DNA of 64,000 bases from an uncultured delta proteobacterium (GTDB lineage Bacteria; Myxococcota_A; Polyangia; Polyangiales; Houyiibacteriaceae), in assembly GCA_963699755.1 (NCBI GenBank), contig CAVOVB010000003.1:160001-224000 (forward strand), read 5' to 3'. Of this stretch, positions 1 to 9,636 are shown in pieces; within the stretch, counting starts at the first letter, position 1; each line of letters starts with the position of its first letter. Position numbers and translations under genes: made by a program. The notes below the pieces were generated by a model. That model saw only the letters and a list, made by a program, of their open reading frames with translations, did no database searches and was not told the DNA's origin.

Positions 1-1293
1 GCAGAGATGGACCCCGACGGGTACGACCTGTACCGCTTTCCGGACTTCGAGGTTCGCGCCTGCCGAGGTCAGGAGGCCTATCGCGATCGCTTGGTGGCGA
101 TGTTTCCCGGCGACATCGAGGGCATCGACAAGGTGTTCGAAGCCGTTGGCGAGGTGCGCAGCCTTCACCGCGTCCTCGAGCACTTACCGCCGGCAGGCAA
201 ACCTCGGCTCTCGGATCTCTGGGAGGGGCTCAAGTCCGCGCCTCTGTTCCGGTATGTGAAGGCGACCTACGGGGAGTTCCTCGACCATGCCGTGACCGAC
301 CCGCGTCTCAAGGCGGTGTTTGCTGCGACCTCAGGCGACTACGGACTGCCGCCGTCTCGGGCATCGGCCATGGTCGGTCTGGCCCTCCTCGAACACTACA
401 TGGACGGTGCGTATTTCCCGCGGGGCGGCAGCGGCAATTTGCGCGACGCCATCCAACACGTCGCGACCGAGGCAGGTGCGACCTTCCGCACCAGCTCCGA
501 GGTTCAGCAGATCGAGGTCGAAGCTGAGCGCGTCTGCGGAGTTCGCTTGGCCGACGGTGAGCGCATCGACGCGGACGCGGTCGTCGCGGCGATCGATCCG
601 CGGCACGTCTTCGCCAGCCTGCTCGCGCAAGAGAAGGTGCCGCACAAGCTTCTAGGGCGCGTACGCGGCCTCGAGTCGTCGATCTCGACCTTGGGCCTGA
701 ACCTCGGCGTGAACCGCGACCTGCGTGAGATCGGGCTCGGCGCCTTCAACATCTGGGACTACCCCAGCATCGACATCGACGCGCTGCACGATCCCTACCG
801 ACACGGACGCATGCCCGACGAATTCTTTCTCTTCATCTCGCCCAACTCGCTCAAAGATCCAACCGGCCAGATGGCGCCCAAGGGCAAGACCTCGCTCGAG
901 GTGCTCACCGGCGCGCCGTTTGGCTTGTTTGGTGCCTGGGCCAACGTGCCGCCTGGGGAGCGCGGCGATGACTACCATCTTCTCAAGAATCGGTTGAGGG
1001 ATCAAATGCTGGCCCAGCTCGATGCGCGATTGCCCGGCGTGGTCGAACATGTCGAGCTAACGGATTTCTCCACGCCGCTGGCCATGGAGGGATGGGTCAA
1101 CGCCATCGATGGTGGGATGTACGGACCTGCACAGACTCCTGAGCAGTCGATGTTCTTCCGCTTTCCGAGCGCCACCTTCTTGCCCAACTTGTTCTTGGCT
1201 GGCGCCGGCGTCTTTGGCGGTGGCGTGCTGCCGTGCTTTCAGTCGGGGCAAGTCGCGGCCGGCATGACCAAGCGCGCGCTCTCCAAGTCGTGA
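1..1293 (+). CDS. Phytoene dehydrogenase-like NAD(P)/FAD-dependent oxidoreductase (5'-truncated by window edge)
   Basis: Frame is open to position 1. GAYFPRGGSG, STPL...GGMYG and C-terminal NLFLAGAGVFGGGV are typical of CrtI/retinol-saturase-like FAD enzymes. The N-terminal GxGxxG lies outside the window. Confidence 0.75.
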   Translation, partial: AEMDPDGYDLYRFPDFEVRACRGQEAYRDRLVAMFPGDIEGIDKVFEAVGEVRSLHRVLEHLPPAGKPRLSDLWEGLKSAPLFRYVKATYGEFLDHAVTDPRLKAVFAATSGDYGLPPSRASAMVGLALLEHYMDGAYFPRGGSGNLRDAIQHVATEAGATFRTSSEVQQIEVEAERVCGVRLADGERIDADAVVAAIDPRHVFASLLAQEKVPHKLLGRVRGLESSISTLGLNLGVNRDLREIGLGAFNIWDYPSIDIDALHDPYRHGRMPDEFFLFISPNSLKDPTGQMAPKGKTSLEVLTGAPFGLFGAWANVPPGERGDDYHLLKNRLRDQMLAQLDARLPGVVEHVELTDFSTPLAMEGWVNAIDGGMYGPAQTPEQSMFFRFPSATFLPNLFLAGAGVFGGGVLPCFQSGQVAAGMTKRALSKS

Positions 1294-1342
1294 CCCAGTT
1301 CGACCGTAGCCCCGTCGCTGAAAAAGGACGAAACTAGAAACC

Positions 1343-3277
1343 TCAAGCGATCCGCAACTCCTCGTGAGTCGGGGCTTGCTCTGGGGAAGGGTCGTTCTTC
1401 CTCCGCTCCCGTTCCTCCAAGATTTCCTCCATCGATTTTGGCCGAAGGTCATCGACGCTGTATGGCAGCGGGTCGATGCCGCGTTCGAGCCAGGCGTGTT
1501 TGCCTGCAAGTAGGTCTAGGCCGACTCGCGTCGCCCGAGCGTCGTCATTTCGCCAAAGTTGGCGGAACAGCGTATCGATGTTTCGACGAGTCTGTCGCGC
1601 GAAGAAGTCGGCGAGGTCTACCGCCTGGGCTGCGTCTTCGGCCCCGTCCTCTTGGAGCTTGTGTGCGTGGCGAACGGTAGCGGATAGCGCGAAGATCTCG
1701 ATGCCAATGTCGACGATCCGAAACAGGAAGCCCTGGCGACGCTCGAGGCCCGGGCCGAAGCGCGCAATCCCGTGGAAGGTGTTGCGCGCGAGCCGCGCCG
1801 ATGCGCGCGACGCGTAGCGCAAGTGTTTCCCCAGCTTCCCGTAGCGCGCAAAGCTTGGCCATAGGCTCCAGCGAAGCCAGCGCGTGGGGTACCACCAGGC
1901 GTAGAACGCGAGGATTTTCGGGAGGGATCCGAGACGTTGCCCGATGCTTGCCTTCGGATCGATGAGCTTGCCGGCCACTTGCAGATGCTTGTCTACGGCC
2001 TCGCGTGCGATGAAGAGGTGCATGATTTCGCTCGTGCCCTCGAAGATGAGATTGACACGGTTGTCCCGCATCGCGCGCTCGATCCCGATACCTGGCTCGC
2101 CACGCGCGAGGAGCGAACGCTCGGTCTCGAAGCCGCGGCCGCCGCGAACCTGAAGGGTCTCATCGGCGAGCTTCCAGTTTCGGACGCTATTCCATTCCTT
2201 GGCGGCCGCCGCTTCCAAGCGGATATCCGCGTCCTCGTGGTCGGCGAGCTCGCCCACCACGTAGGCAATCGACTCCATGGCAAAGGCCGATGACAGGATG
2301 TATGCGTTTTTGTGCGCAATCGCCTCGTGCTTCCCGATGGGGACGCCCCACTGAACTCGAGCGTTCGACCATTTGCGCACGACCTCGACAAAGCGTTTTG
2401 CCGATCCCGAAGTACCGGCGGGTAGACTGAGCCGCCCGGTGTTCAGCGTGACGAGCGCAATCTTGAGCCCGTCGCCGTCGTTCCCGATCAGGTTCTCTTT
2501 GGGGACCTTGACCTTGTCGAAGCTGACGACGCCGTTTGCCAGGGCCCGCAGCCCCATGAAGCGACTACGATGCTCGACCTTGACGCCGGGCCAGTCCATT
2601 TCGACGACCAGGCAGTTGATTCGCTTGTTGGCAGGGTTGCGAGCCATGACCACGATGAGGTCCGCGAGGGTCACATTGGTGCACCAGAGCTTCTGACCAT
2701 TGAGCACGTAGTATTCGCCGTCCTTTGACAGCTCGGCGGTCGTGCCGAGCCTAGCCGGATCGGAGCCGGCCGTGAGCTCGGTGAGCGCGAATGCGGAAAT
2801 GGCACCCTTCGCACAGCGCGGCAGGAAACGCTTCTTCTGCTCTGCCGTTCCGAAGAGCTTGATCGGTTGGGGAACCCCGATCGCCTGGTGCGCCGACAAG
2901 AGCGCGGCGACGTTCCCATCGCTGCCACCAAGGAGTTGCATCACCCGGACGTATTCGGGGTGCGTCAATCCGAGACCGCCGTACTCCTTTGGGATCTTCA
3001 AGCCGAACGCGCCGAGCTCGGCGAGGCCCGCTACGACTTCCGGGGGATACTCGCCGCTTGCGTCGATCTCTGCGGAGTCGACCTCCTCTCGGAGAAAGGC
3101 CGCCAAGCGCTGATAGAACTCCCAAAACTCGGGTCGGTCCGGTTCATCCAGCGCGAGCCGTTCGAGCAGGTCGATCCGAAAGTCCCCGAGAAACACATCC
3201 CGCATGAAACTCTGCCCGCGCCAGGACTTCTCCCTCGACTCTTCTGCGACTTTGCGCGCCTCCTGTGCGTCTACCAT
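1343..3277 (-). CDS. Acyl-CoA dehydrogenase (long, VLCAD/ACAD9-like)
   Basis: AFALTE..AGSD, LNGQKLWCTN, RVQWGVPIGKHEAI, LQVRGGRGF, NLIFEGTSEI, plus a C-terminal extension. ATG at 3277 is preceded by a GGAGG SD. Confidence 0.9.
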   Translation of the reverse strand: MVDAQEARKVAEESREKSWRGQSFMRDVFLGDFRIDLLERLALDEPDRPEFWEFYQRLAAFLREEVDSAEIDASGEYPPEVVAGLAELGAFGLKIPKEYGGLGLTHPEYVRVMQLLGGSDGNVAALLSAHQAIGVPQPIKLFGTAEQKKRFLPRCAKGAISAFALTELTAGSDPARLGTTAELSKDGEYYVLNGQKLWCTNVTLADLIVVMARNPANKRINCLVVEMDWPGVKVEHRSRFMGLRALANGVVSFDKVKVPKENLIGNDGDGLKIALVTLNTGRLSLPAGTSGSAKRFVEVVRKWSNARVQWGVPIGKHEAIAHKNAYILSSAFAMESIAYVVGELADHEDADIRLEAAAAKEWNSVRNWKLADETLQVRGGRGFETERSLLARGEPGIGIERAMRDNRVNLIFEGTSEIMHLFIAREAVDKHLQVAGKLIDPKASIGQRLGSLPKILAFYAWWYPTRWLRWSLWPSFARYGKLGKHLRYASRASARLARNTFHGIARFGPGLERRQGFLFRIVDIGIEIFALSATVRHAHKLQEDGAEDAAQAVDLADFFARQTRRNIDTLFRQLWRNDDARATRVGLDLLAGKHAWLERGIDPLPYSVDDLRPKSMEEILEERERRKNDPSPEQAPTHEELRIA

Positions 3278-3427
3278 CGGGGCCTCCAAACTGCGTATTG
3301 CCGCCGTCTAGTTGAGGGCGAACGTGAAATATCGGCGGCTGGCCACGATTTCACAAGCCTCGAGAACGACCAGGAGCCCAAACCTGCCATGTCGCTACAA
3401 ACTTCCGCCCTAATTGCGGCCTACTCG

Positions 3428-3991
3428 CTAGCGGAAGTTCTGAACGCTCCAGATCTTGCCGTTTGCGGCCTTGGCAAAGCCGCACGCGACGCGCTCGTAG
3501 TCAGGGTTGCTCATGTTGACGTAGTGGCCGTGCTTGGAGAATCGCTTGCCTGGTCCTTCGTCCCACATGGCCTGAAAACATCCCTCGATGACCTCGGCCC
3601 GCGACGGCCAGTCGGGACACTCGTTTTGCGCGAGACCGTGAGGCTTACAGATTCCGCCGTTGAACCCGGCGTGGGGCCCGTGTTTGCTGTCGTGCTTGGC
3701 TTCCTGGGTGGCGCATTGCTCACCTTCTTTCCAGCGCGCGAGCGGTGGCAGACATTGACAGTCCCAGCGGAGCTGATTGATGCGGGCGACGCAGTCCTCG
3801 TAGAGGTTGCCAGTGCTCGGACGCAGAGCGGGCGCGCAGCCTGGGCGCGGTCGGCTCAACGGCCCTTTTCGGCAAGTCTTGCTGGACTGCGCAGCAGCTT
3901 CAGGCCGGAAAGCGTGAGTATCCGGTACGGGCGAGGCCGCGAGACCGCCGAGCAACGCAAGCACCAGCGCCGAAACGGTTCCCCTCGTCAT
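3428..3991 (-). CDS. Secreted CAP/SCP-domain protein
   Basis: Signal peptide; AQNEC, MWDEGPG, HGHYVNM...RVACG, WSVQNFR; Cys-rich. Confidence 0.7.
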   Translation of the reverse strand: MTRGTVSALVLALLGGLAASPVPDTHAFRPEAAAQSSKTCRKGPLSRPRPGCAPALRPSTGNLYEDCVARINQLRWDCQCLPPLARWKEGEQCATQEAKHDSKHGPHAGFNGGICKPHGLAQNECPDWPSRAEVIEGCFQAMWDEGPGKRFSKHGHYVNMSNPDYERVACGFAKAANGKIWSVQNFR

Positions 3992-4185
3992 GACTACAGA
4001 CTAGCACTGACGCGCTGCGAGCGCGGCAGCCGCTCGCATCCCGGGGCGAACTGCCCTTCCAAACAGCCCCTCTCCCTTGCCAACAATCTCCCGGATCCCT
4101 AGAATCTCCTCAACGGGGCGTGGCGCGTTGCCCGCCCTTTGAACCCGCTCGGGAGCGTTGAGCCCCGGGCCGTGAGGAGTAGAAA

Positions 4186-4659
4186 ATGCATCCAGGTTTC
4201 TATTATCGATGGAAGCGATCTCAGGAAGATCGCGGTGGCGAGGAGCGCGTTTCCGCTTGTGGGCGCGAGGGCTGGCGGCGGCACCGGCGTTCGCACGGGC
4301 ATCCCGGCGTTCAGGCATCGGGCTTTGGTGTTCGGCGGCCGCTTCGTTACATGGCGCATCGGCTCGATCTCGACGACGAGCAGATCGACACCTTGGCCGG
4401 CATCCTCAACCTGCTCAAAACCGAGCGAGCGCAAGCCCGACTCGACGAGCAACGCAGCATCGCAGGCATTGCCGATGCGGTGGAAGGGGATGAGTTCAAT
4501 GCCGCGGTGGCCGCCGAGGCGCTGAGCGCGCGGGTCGCAGCGGCCGAGCGTCTCAAAGGGGAAGTGCTGACGACCCTGCAAAAGACGCACGAGATGTTGG
4601 ACCCGGAGCAACGCAAGCGCCTCGCGTACTTGCTGCGTTCCGGTCAGCTCACGATCTGA
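4186..4659 (+). CDS. Spy/CpxP-like helical protein
   Basis: LDLDDEQ and LDPEQRKRL resemble LTxxQ motifs; Arg/His/Gly-rich N-terminus. Confidence 0.6.
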   Translation: MHPGFYYRWKRSQEDRGGEERVSACGREGWRRHRRSHGHPGVQASGFGVRRPLRYMAHRLDLDDEQIDTLAGILNLLKTERAQARLDEQRSIAGIADAVEGDEFNAAVAAEALSARVAAAERLKGEVLTTLQKTHEMLDPEQRKRLAYLLRSGQLTI

Positions 4660-4694
4660 CGCCGCACGCGCGGTAGATCTGGTATCTCCTTGTC

Positions 4695-5573
4695 GTGAAA
4701 GAAGGTCAGGCCAGCCGCACCGCGGAATACGTGGCGCTGTTTCGGGCGATCGAGTCCTCGCTTCCGGCCAAGCGCCGGCTCTTCGAGGACCCGTTCGCCC
4801 GGCAGTTCCTCGGCCGGCGTCTTGGTCTAGTCGCATCGCTTTGCAGCGTGCCGGGCGTCGCTGATCTCGTTTCCCGCTACATCGACGCTCGATGGGCTGG
4901 CGCCCGTTCCTCGGCGGTCGCGCGAACGCGCCTCATCGATGACGCGATCGCCGACGCAGTCGCTCGCGGCATCGACCAAGTCGTCATTCTCGGCGCGGGC
5001 TTCGACTCGCGCGCCTCTCGGCTCCCTGCCTTGTCCGAGGTGCTGGTGTTTGAAGTCGACCATCCCGATACGCTGGCCAAAAAGCAGGCGGTCCTTCGCC
5101 AAGGATCATTCGATGCGGCCTCCCGCGTGCGTTCCGTCAGCATCGATTTCAAGTCGACCGAACTCGATCGAGTGATGGACGCCGCGGGCTACTCGACAGA
5201 AGCCCGCACCTTCATCCTCTGGGAAGGCGTGACCAGCTATCTCACCGAACCTGCGGTCGATGCGACGCTGCGATGGTGCGCGCGAGCGGCGCCGGGGAGC
5301 CAACTCCTCTTCACCTATCTGCATCGCGCAGTCCTCGACGACCCCCGATCGTTTGCCGGGACCGAGGCCCTCTTTGCCACCTTGAAAGAAGCCGGCGAGC
5401 AGTGGACCTTCGGCTTGGCTCCGGACGAGCTCGAATCATTCCTGCGTCAACGCGGCTTGAAGCTCGAACAAGACATCGGAAGCTCCGAGTACCGGGCCAG
5501 ATATCTGCCTCGAGTCAGCCGAGCCATGCGCGGCTACGAGTTCTACCGAATTGCCGTTGCAAGCGTGTCCTAG
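4695..5573 (+). CDS. SAM-dependent methyltransferase (leucine carboxyl methyltransferase-like family)
   Basis: SRTAEYVALFRA, ARTRLIDD, QVVILGAGFDSR, FEVDHP, WEGVTSYL. Confidence 0.85.
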   Translation: MKEGQASRTAEYVALFRAIESSLPAKRRLFEDPFARQFLGRRLGLVASLCSVPGVADLVSRYIDARWAGARSSAVARTRLIDDAIADAVARGIDQVVILGAGFDSRASRLPALSEVLVFEVDHPDTLAKKQAVLRQGSFDAASRVRSVSIDFKSTELDRVMDAAGYSTEARTFILWEGVTSYLTEPAVDATLRWCARAAPGSQLLFTYLHRAVLDDPRSFAGTEALFATLKEAGEQWTFGLAPDELESFLRQRGLKLEQDIGSSEYRARYLPRVSRAMRGYEFYRIAVASVS

Positions 5574-5596
5574 CCCGGCGAGCGACGGCTCCAAGG

Positions 5597-6352
5597 CTAC
5601 TGCATCTGCAGTGCCGCCTCGTGGACCCGGATCCAAACCAGCGTCGGATAGGGCAGCGTCTTTCCGCTCCTTGTTCGCGGGACAACCCGACGGCGGGTCG
5701 GGAAGACCGCTTTCCCAAACGTTTGGTGGTCGTTGCAGTAGTGCGATGCCACCGCGTAGCGTCCGATGACCTCCGCGTGGTAGTCGTGGCGGCGAAGGCG
5801 CGCTCGCTCGTCGAAGTAGAAGACCTGCTTGGCGTTGTGGGTCGGAACCAGGTCCGAGAACGTTGCACTCATACCGCGCCAAGTCCGGCCCTTGTCGTCG
5901 CAGGAGGCGCCTTCTTTGAGTGCGACGTCACGGCGACAGAGCAGATACGGCGCCGTCAGGTAGTTCCAGACGGCGTATCCAGCGAAATACAACGAATCGA
6001 GGGGATCCCAGTGCAGCTGTTTTCGGATTCCGTGAAAGGATGCCCGCGGATCGTGCCTCTCGGCGAGGACCTTTCCGTCGCGATCCTCGATCCAGACTCG
6101 GTTAGGCTCGAAGCGTCCCGTTTGCCGCGCGTGCGGAAAGTCCCGAATTTCGGTTCGAGGCGAGCGCAAATCGACGACGACCTCGGTTTGGCGGAACAGG
6201 TCCCGCGTGGTGCGCATCAAGAACAGAGCGCCTCCGGTCGACATGACGGCGCGCACCGCCCGCGCCCCATGCCAGGCGGCAAACCCGCCGTGTGCGTCCA
6301 TCACTTCACGGAGCAAGCCCCCAGCAGGCTCGAGATAGGCCCCATCGGACAT
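5597..6352 (-). CDS. Conserved hypothetical protein
   Basis: 251-aa ORF with coding-like composition (AHGG..W, WD.LD..YFAGYA.WNYLT.P, THNAKQVFYFD, RRHDY). No function recognised. Confidence 0.6.
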   Translation of the reverse strand: MSDGAYLEPAGGLLREVMDAHGGFAAWHGARAVRAVMSTGGALFLMRTTRDLFRQTEVVVDLRSPRTEIRDFPHARQTGRFEPNRVWIEDRDGKVLAERHDPRASFHGIRKQLHWDPLDSLYFAGYAVWNYLTAPYLLCRRDVALKEGASCDDKGRTWRGMSATFSDLVPTHNAKQVFYFDERARLRRHDYHAEVIGRYAVASHYCNDHQTFGKAVFPTRRRVVPRTRSGKTLPYPTLVWIRVHEAALQMQ

Positions 6353-6523
6353 CGAGCTGAGTAGCGCACGAAATTGGCAAACCGATCAAGGCCCCTCGGC
6401 AAGCCACAGGAACCACGGTCGAAATCGCCGCATTCGTTCTTCACGTCAACCTCGATCCAGCCGTGCGTGGGGCCTTCGGCCAGCTAGGATTCGCGGACGT
6501 ATTCGACGCCTTTGTCGCGCCAC

Positions 6524-7939
6524 TTACTTGCGCGTCATGCGCTCCAAGACCTTCTCACTGCGCTCCCCATAAGGCGGGACCATTCCCGAGAGTCGTTGAA
6601 GGTTGAGCCAGCCCTGCTTGTAGACCGCGCGCGGATGGCTGAAGGTCTTGAAGCCGTCGAATCCCCGGTATGCGCCCATCCCCGACGTCCCAACGCCACC
6701 GAAGGGCAGGTCCTCGATGCTCGCATGCACCATCACGTCGTTGATGCAGGTCCCTCCAGACAGTGTGCTGTCGAGCAACTGGCGCTGGGTCGTTTCGTCG
6801 TTGCTGAAAATGTAGAGGCCGAGAGGCCGAGGATGCGCATTGACATAGTCGCTACACTCTTCGAGGGTCTCGTAGGTCTTGACCGCCAACACCGGGCCGA
6901 AGATCTCCTCTTGCATGATCTTCAGCTCGTCGCCAGGGTTGATGACGAAGGTGAACGGGATCTTGTACGTTCCGTCCTGCCTGCTGAAGTCTTCCCCTGC
7001 CGGGTTGATCGCTCGGACGTCTAGGCCAGCGGACTCAGCTTCATCGACATAGGACCGCAGCCGTCGGTAGTGGCGTTCATTGATCACCGAGCAGCAATCC
7101 GGGTTCTCCCGCACCGTCGGAAACATCTCGGCCGTCCAAGTCGCCGCGTGCCGAATGAAGTCCTCGAGTTGCTCCTCGGCGACCATGATGTAGTCGGGTC
7201 CCAGGCAGGCCTGCCCGGAGTTGAGGGCTTTGCCCGTCATGATGCGAACCGCCGCTTCTTCGAGGTTTGCGTCGCGCGCAATGATGACCGGAGACTTCCC
7301 GCCGAGCTCGAGCGTGACCGGCGTGAGGTTGTCTGCGGCAGCTCTCATCACGAGCTTTCCGACGTTCGCCGAGCCGGTGAAGCAGAGATGATCGAACGGC
7401 AGCGCACAGAAGTCCGCCGCGACGTCCGGACCACCCGACACGCATGCGACCTCCGTCTCATCGAAACGGCTCGCGACCAGGCGCTCCATCAGTGCCGCGG
7501 TCGTGGGCGAGACTTCCGAGAACTTGAGCATGACCCGGTTCCCTGCAGCGAGCGCACCCGCCAGCGGCGAGAAGAGCGTGTTGACGGGAAAGTTCCAGGT
7601 ACCGAGGATACCGACGACGCCCTTGGGCCGATAGTCCACTCTGGCCTTTGCGCCGAAGAGCACATGAGGCATACCCGCGCGCCGCTTCTCTCCTTTCATC
7701 CAACGTCGGACATGCTTCTTCGCGTATTTTAGGCTTTCCATGGTGGCGTATACGTCACTCATCAGGGTCTGATGACGGGAGCGATTGCCGAAGTCCTGCT
7801 CGATCGCGTCCGCGATCTCAGTCTGGCTGTCTTGGATCAACGAAAGCGCTCTATCCAAGCGCTCGAGCCGCATCTCGGCGCTCGGGAGGCCTTCGGCGCT
7901 GAAGGCGGCTCTCTGCCTTTCTAATAGGGCTCTCATCAC
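6524..7939 (-). CDS. Coniferyl-aldehyde-dehydrogenase-like ALDH (CalB family)
   Basis: WNFP, FTGS, TLELGGKSP, GQAC (catalytic Cys), EEIFGP, LPFGGVGTSGMGAY. Confidence 0.85.
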   Translation of the reverse strand: MMRALLERQRAAFSAEGLPSAEMRLERLDRALSLIQDSQTEIADAIEQDFGNRSRHQTLMSDVYATMESLKYAKKHVRRWMKGEKRRAGMPHVLFGAKARVDYRPKGVVGILGTWNFPVNTLFSPLAGALAAGNRVMLKFSEVSPTTAALMERLVASRFDETEVACVSGGPDVAADFCALPFDHLCFTGSANVGKLVMRAAADNLTPVTLELGGKSPVIIARDANLEEAAVRIMTGKALNSGQACLGPDYIMVAEEQLEDFIRHAATWTAEMFPTVRENPDCCSVINERHYRRLRSYVDEAESAGLDVRAINPAGEDFSRQDGTYKIPFTFVINPGDELKIMQEEIFGPVLAVKTYETLEECSDYVNAHPRPLGLYIFSNDETTQRQLLDSTLSGGTCINDVMVHASIEDLPFGGVGTSGMGAYRGFDGFKTFSHPRAVYKQGWLNLQRLSGMVPPYGERSEKVLERMTRK

Positions 7940-8799
7940 TGAGCGAGCTCGGGGTTTTTGCGCTCGAGGATGCTCTCGGTACGTACACGCAAACGTTCGT
8001 CGCTCTTTCCAAGCTCAGAGAGTATCCAGAAGCGGCCATGGCGAATGCCTTCGACCGCCATGTCGGCCACCTCCTCGGGCTCCGTGAGCTGGAACTCGAC
8101 CCCGGCGCTCTCGGCGAGTGCTTTCATGTCCACGTAGGTCGCAGGCTCCTGACCCTCGATGCGGAATTCGTCGGGTCGGACGCGATCGGAGTTCAGGATG
8201 TTGGTGTTGACCAGGTGCGGCCCCGGGAACAGGACGTGGGCTTGCAGCTTTGCCTGATCCATCAGGAGCTGAAAGTGCAAGACCTCGGTGAGGCTGGTGA
8301 CGGCAGCCTTCGAGGAGGCGTAGACCGGGGTCGTCGGCAAAGAGGCAATCCCTCCGTTGCCCGAGGAGGTATTGATCACGTGCCCTTCCTCTCCGCGCTC
8401 CAGCATCCTTGGCACGAAGGCGCGAATCCCGTTGGTGACCCCCATGACGTTCACCGCGTAGGTCCACTGCCAATCTTTTTCGGGAATCGTCCAGATGCGC
8501 CGCTTGGCTTCCTTGATGCCGACGCCGGCGTTGTTGAAGAGCAGATGCACATTGCCGTAGGTCTCGAACACGCGCTGTGCCAGCGCGTCCACGGACTCCG
8601 CGCGCGTGACGTCGACCTCCATGCCGTCGATCGTGAGCCCCTGAATTGCCAGCTCGTCGCGCGTTCTCGCGATCGACTCCGCGTCGACATCCGCGATGAG
8701 CACCTGGGCGCCTTCGCCCGCCAGCCTGGCAGCAATCGCGCGCCCGACGCCGCTCGCGCCTCCGGTGATGACGGCCACCTTCTCGGAGAAGTCGCGCAC
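7936..8799 (-). CDS. SDR family oxidoreductase
   Basis: GTG start at 8799; TGGASGVG, NNAG, NTSS, YASSK. Confidence 0.85.
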   Translation of the reverse strand: MRDFSEKVAVITGGASGVGRAIAARLAGEGAQVLIADVDAESIARTRDELAIQGLTIDGMEVDVTRAESVDALAQRVFETYGNVHLLFNNAGVGIKEAKRRIWTIPEKDWQWTYAVNVMGVTNGIRAFVPRMLERGEEGHVINTSSGNGGIASLPTTPVYASSKAAVTSLTEVLHFQLLMDQAKLQAHVLFPGPHLVNTNILNSDRVRPDEFRIEGQEPATYVDMKALAESAGVEFQLTEPEEVADMAVEGIRHGRFWILSELGKSDERLRVRTESILERKNPELAQ

Positions 8800-8800
8800 C

Positions 8801-9631
8801 CTACTGCTGCTCCTCGGACCCGAGGAGGACCTCGATGCCTTCCTGCGGTTCGTCATATCGTTGAACGAGGAAGGGCTGCAGCCACTGGCCGGGCACGGAA
8901 CGGAGCACTTCTCCGCTCGTCCTCGAAGCTCCTTCGGCGAATTCCATGCGGAGGAGTCGCTTGACCGGGACATCGATCAGCGGGTCGTGGGGAGACTCAC
9001 GAAGAATGATGCGACCATCCTCGATGCGCCTGAGTGAATCATAGTCACGCTCCCAGGTGAGCAGCGTCAACAGGACGTCGCCATCGAATCCGCCGTTCTC
9101 ATTGGATTCCGGGACAGCCGCGGGGAGCGCCTTGTAGCAGTAGAAGTGCTCGGCGAACTTCTTCGGGCCATCCGATGCCTCGCCAATCCTTCCATCGAGC
9201 TCGAGAAACGCGACGCCGTGCCGCGCCACTTTGGCGTTCACCCGGTCGCCAGCGATCGAGAAGCTCGTCTCGGCGAGCTTCTTCGGCTCCCCGTATTTCT
9301 CGCGGCCGCCGATCACGACGAACTCGCCTTCCATCGGCATGGCGAGCACGTAGTAGCCGGGGCGACCTTCGTAGGAGCATGCGACGCCTACGGTGGCGGC
9401 GCCGATCCGTACCGTTCGCTCTTCGGAGAAGTGCATCGCCACGTTCGCAAACTGCACGAAGATCTCCGAAGCGGATGACGCTTCGAGCGGCCGCGGCAAG
9501 AGCGCCTTGGCGATCTCCGGCTCAGTTTCGTAGAGCGCGCGAATCGACTGGACGGTGTGGCGAATTTTGGCGCCGACAGCCTTCTTTGGGGCTTCCTCGG
9601 AGCTGTTCTTCACGTAACGCAGGCGCGCCAT
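8801..9631 (-). CDS. Acetoacetate decarboxylase-like superfamily protein
   Basis: ALLPRPL and GGREKYGEPKKLA (GRE..G.PKK Schiff-base Lys motif). Confidence 0.8.
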   Translation of the reverse strand: MARLRYVKNSSEEAPKKAVGAKIRHTVQSIRALYETEPEIAKALLPRPLEASSASEIFVQFANVAMHFSEERTVRIGAATVGVACSYEGRPGYYVLAMPMEGEFVVIGGREKYGEPKKLAETSFSIAGDRVNAKVARHGVAFLELDGRIGEASDGPKKFAEHFYCYKALPAAVPESNENGGFDGDVLLTLLTWERDYDSLRRIEDGRIILRESPHDPLIDVPVKRLLRMEFAEGASRTSGEVLRSVPGQWLQPFLVQRYDEPQEGIEVLLGSEEQQ

Positions 9632-9636
9632 CTTCG

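Noticed and set aside
1..1293. Carotenoid biosynthesis cluster
   Set aside because: Only one partial CrtI-like oxidoreductase is present, with no crtB, crtE or crtY neighbours in the window.
2867..4102. 411-aa plus-strand ORF and similar long overlapping ORFs (e.g. 38158-39576, 41360-42736, 19311-20387)
   Set aside because: They overlap well-supported genes on the opposite strand and contain no recognisable domains.
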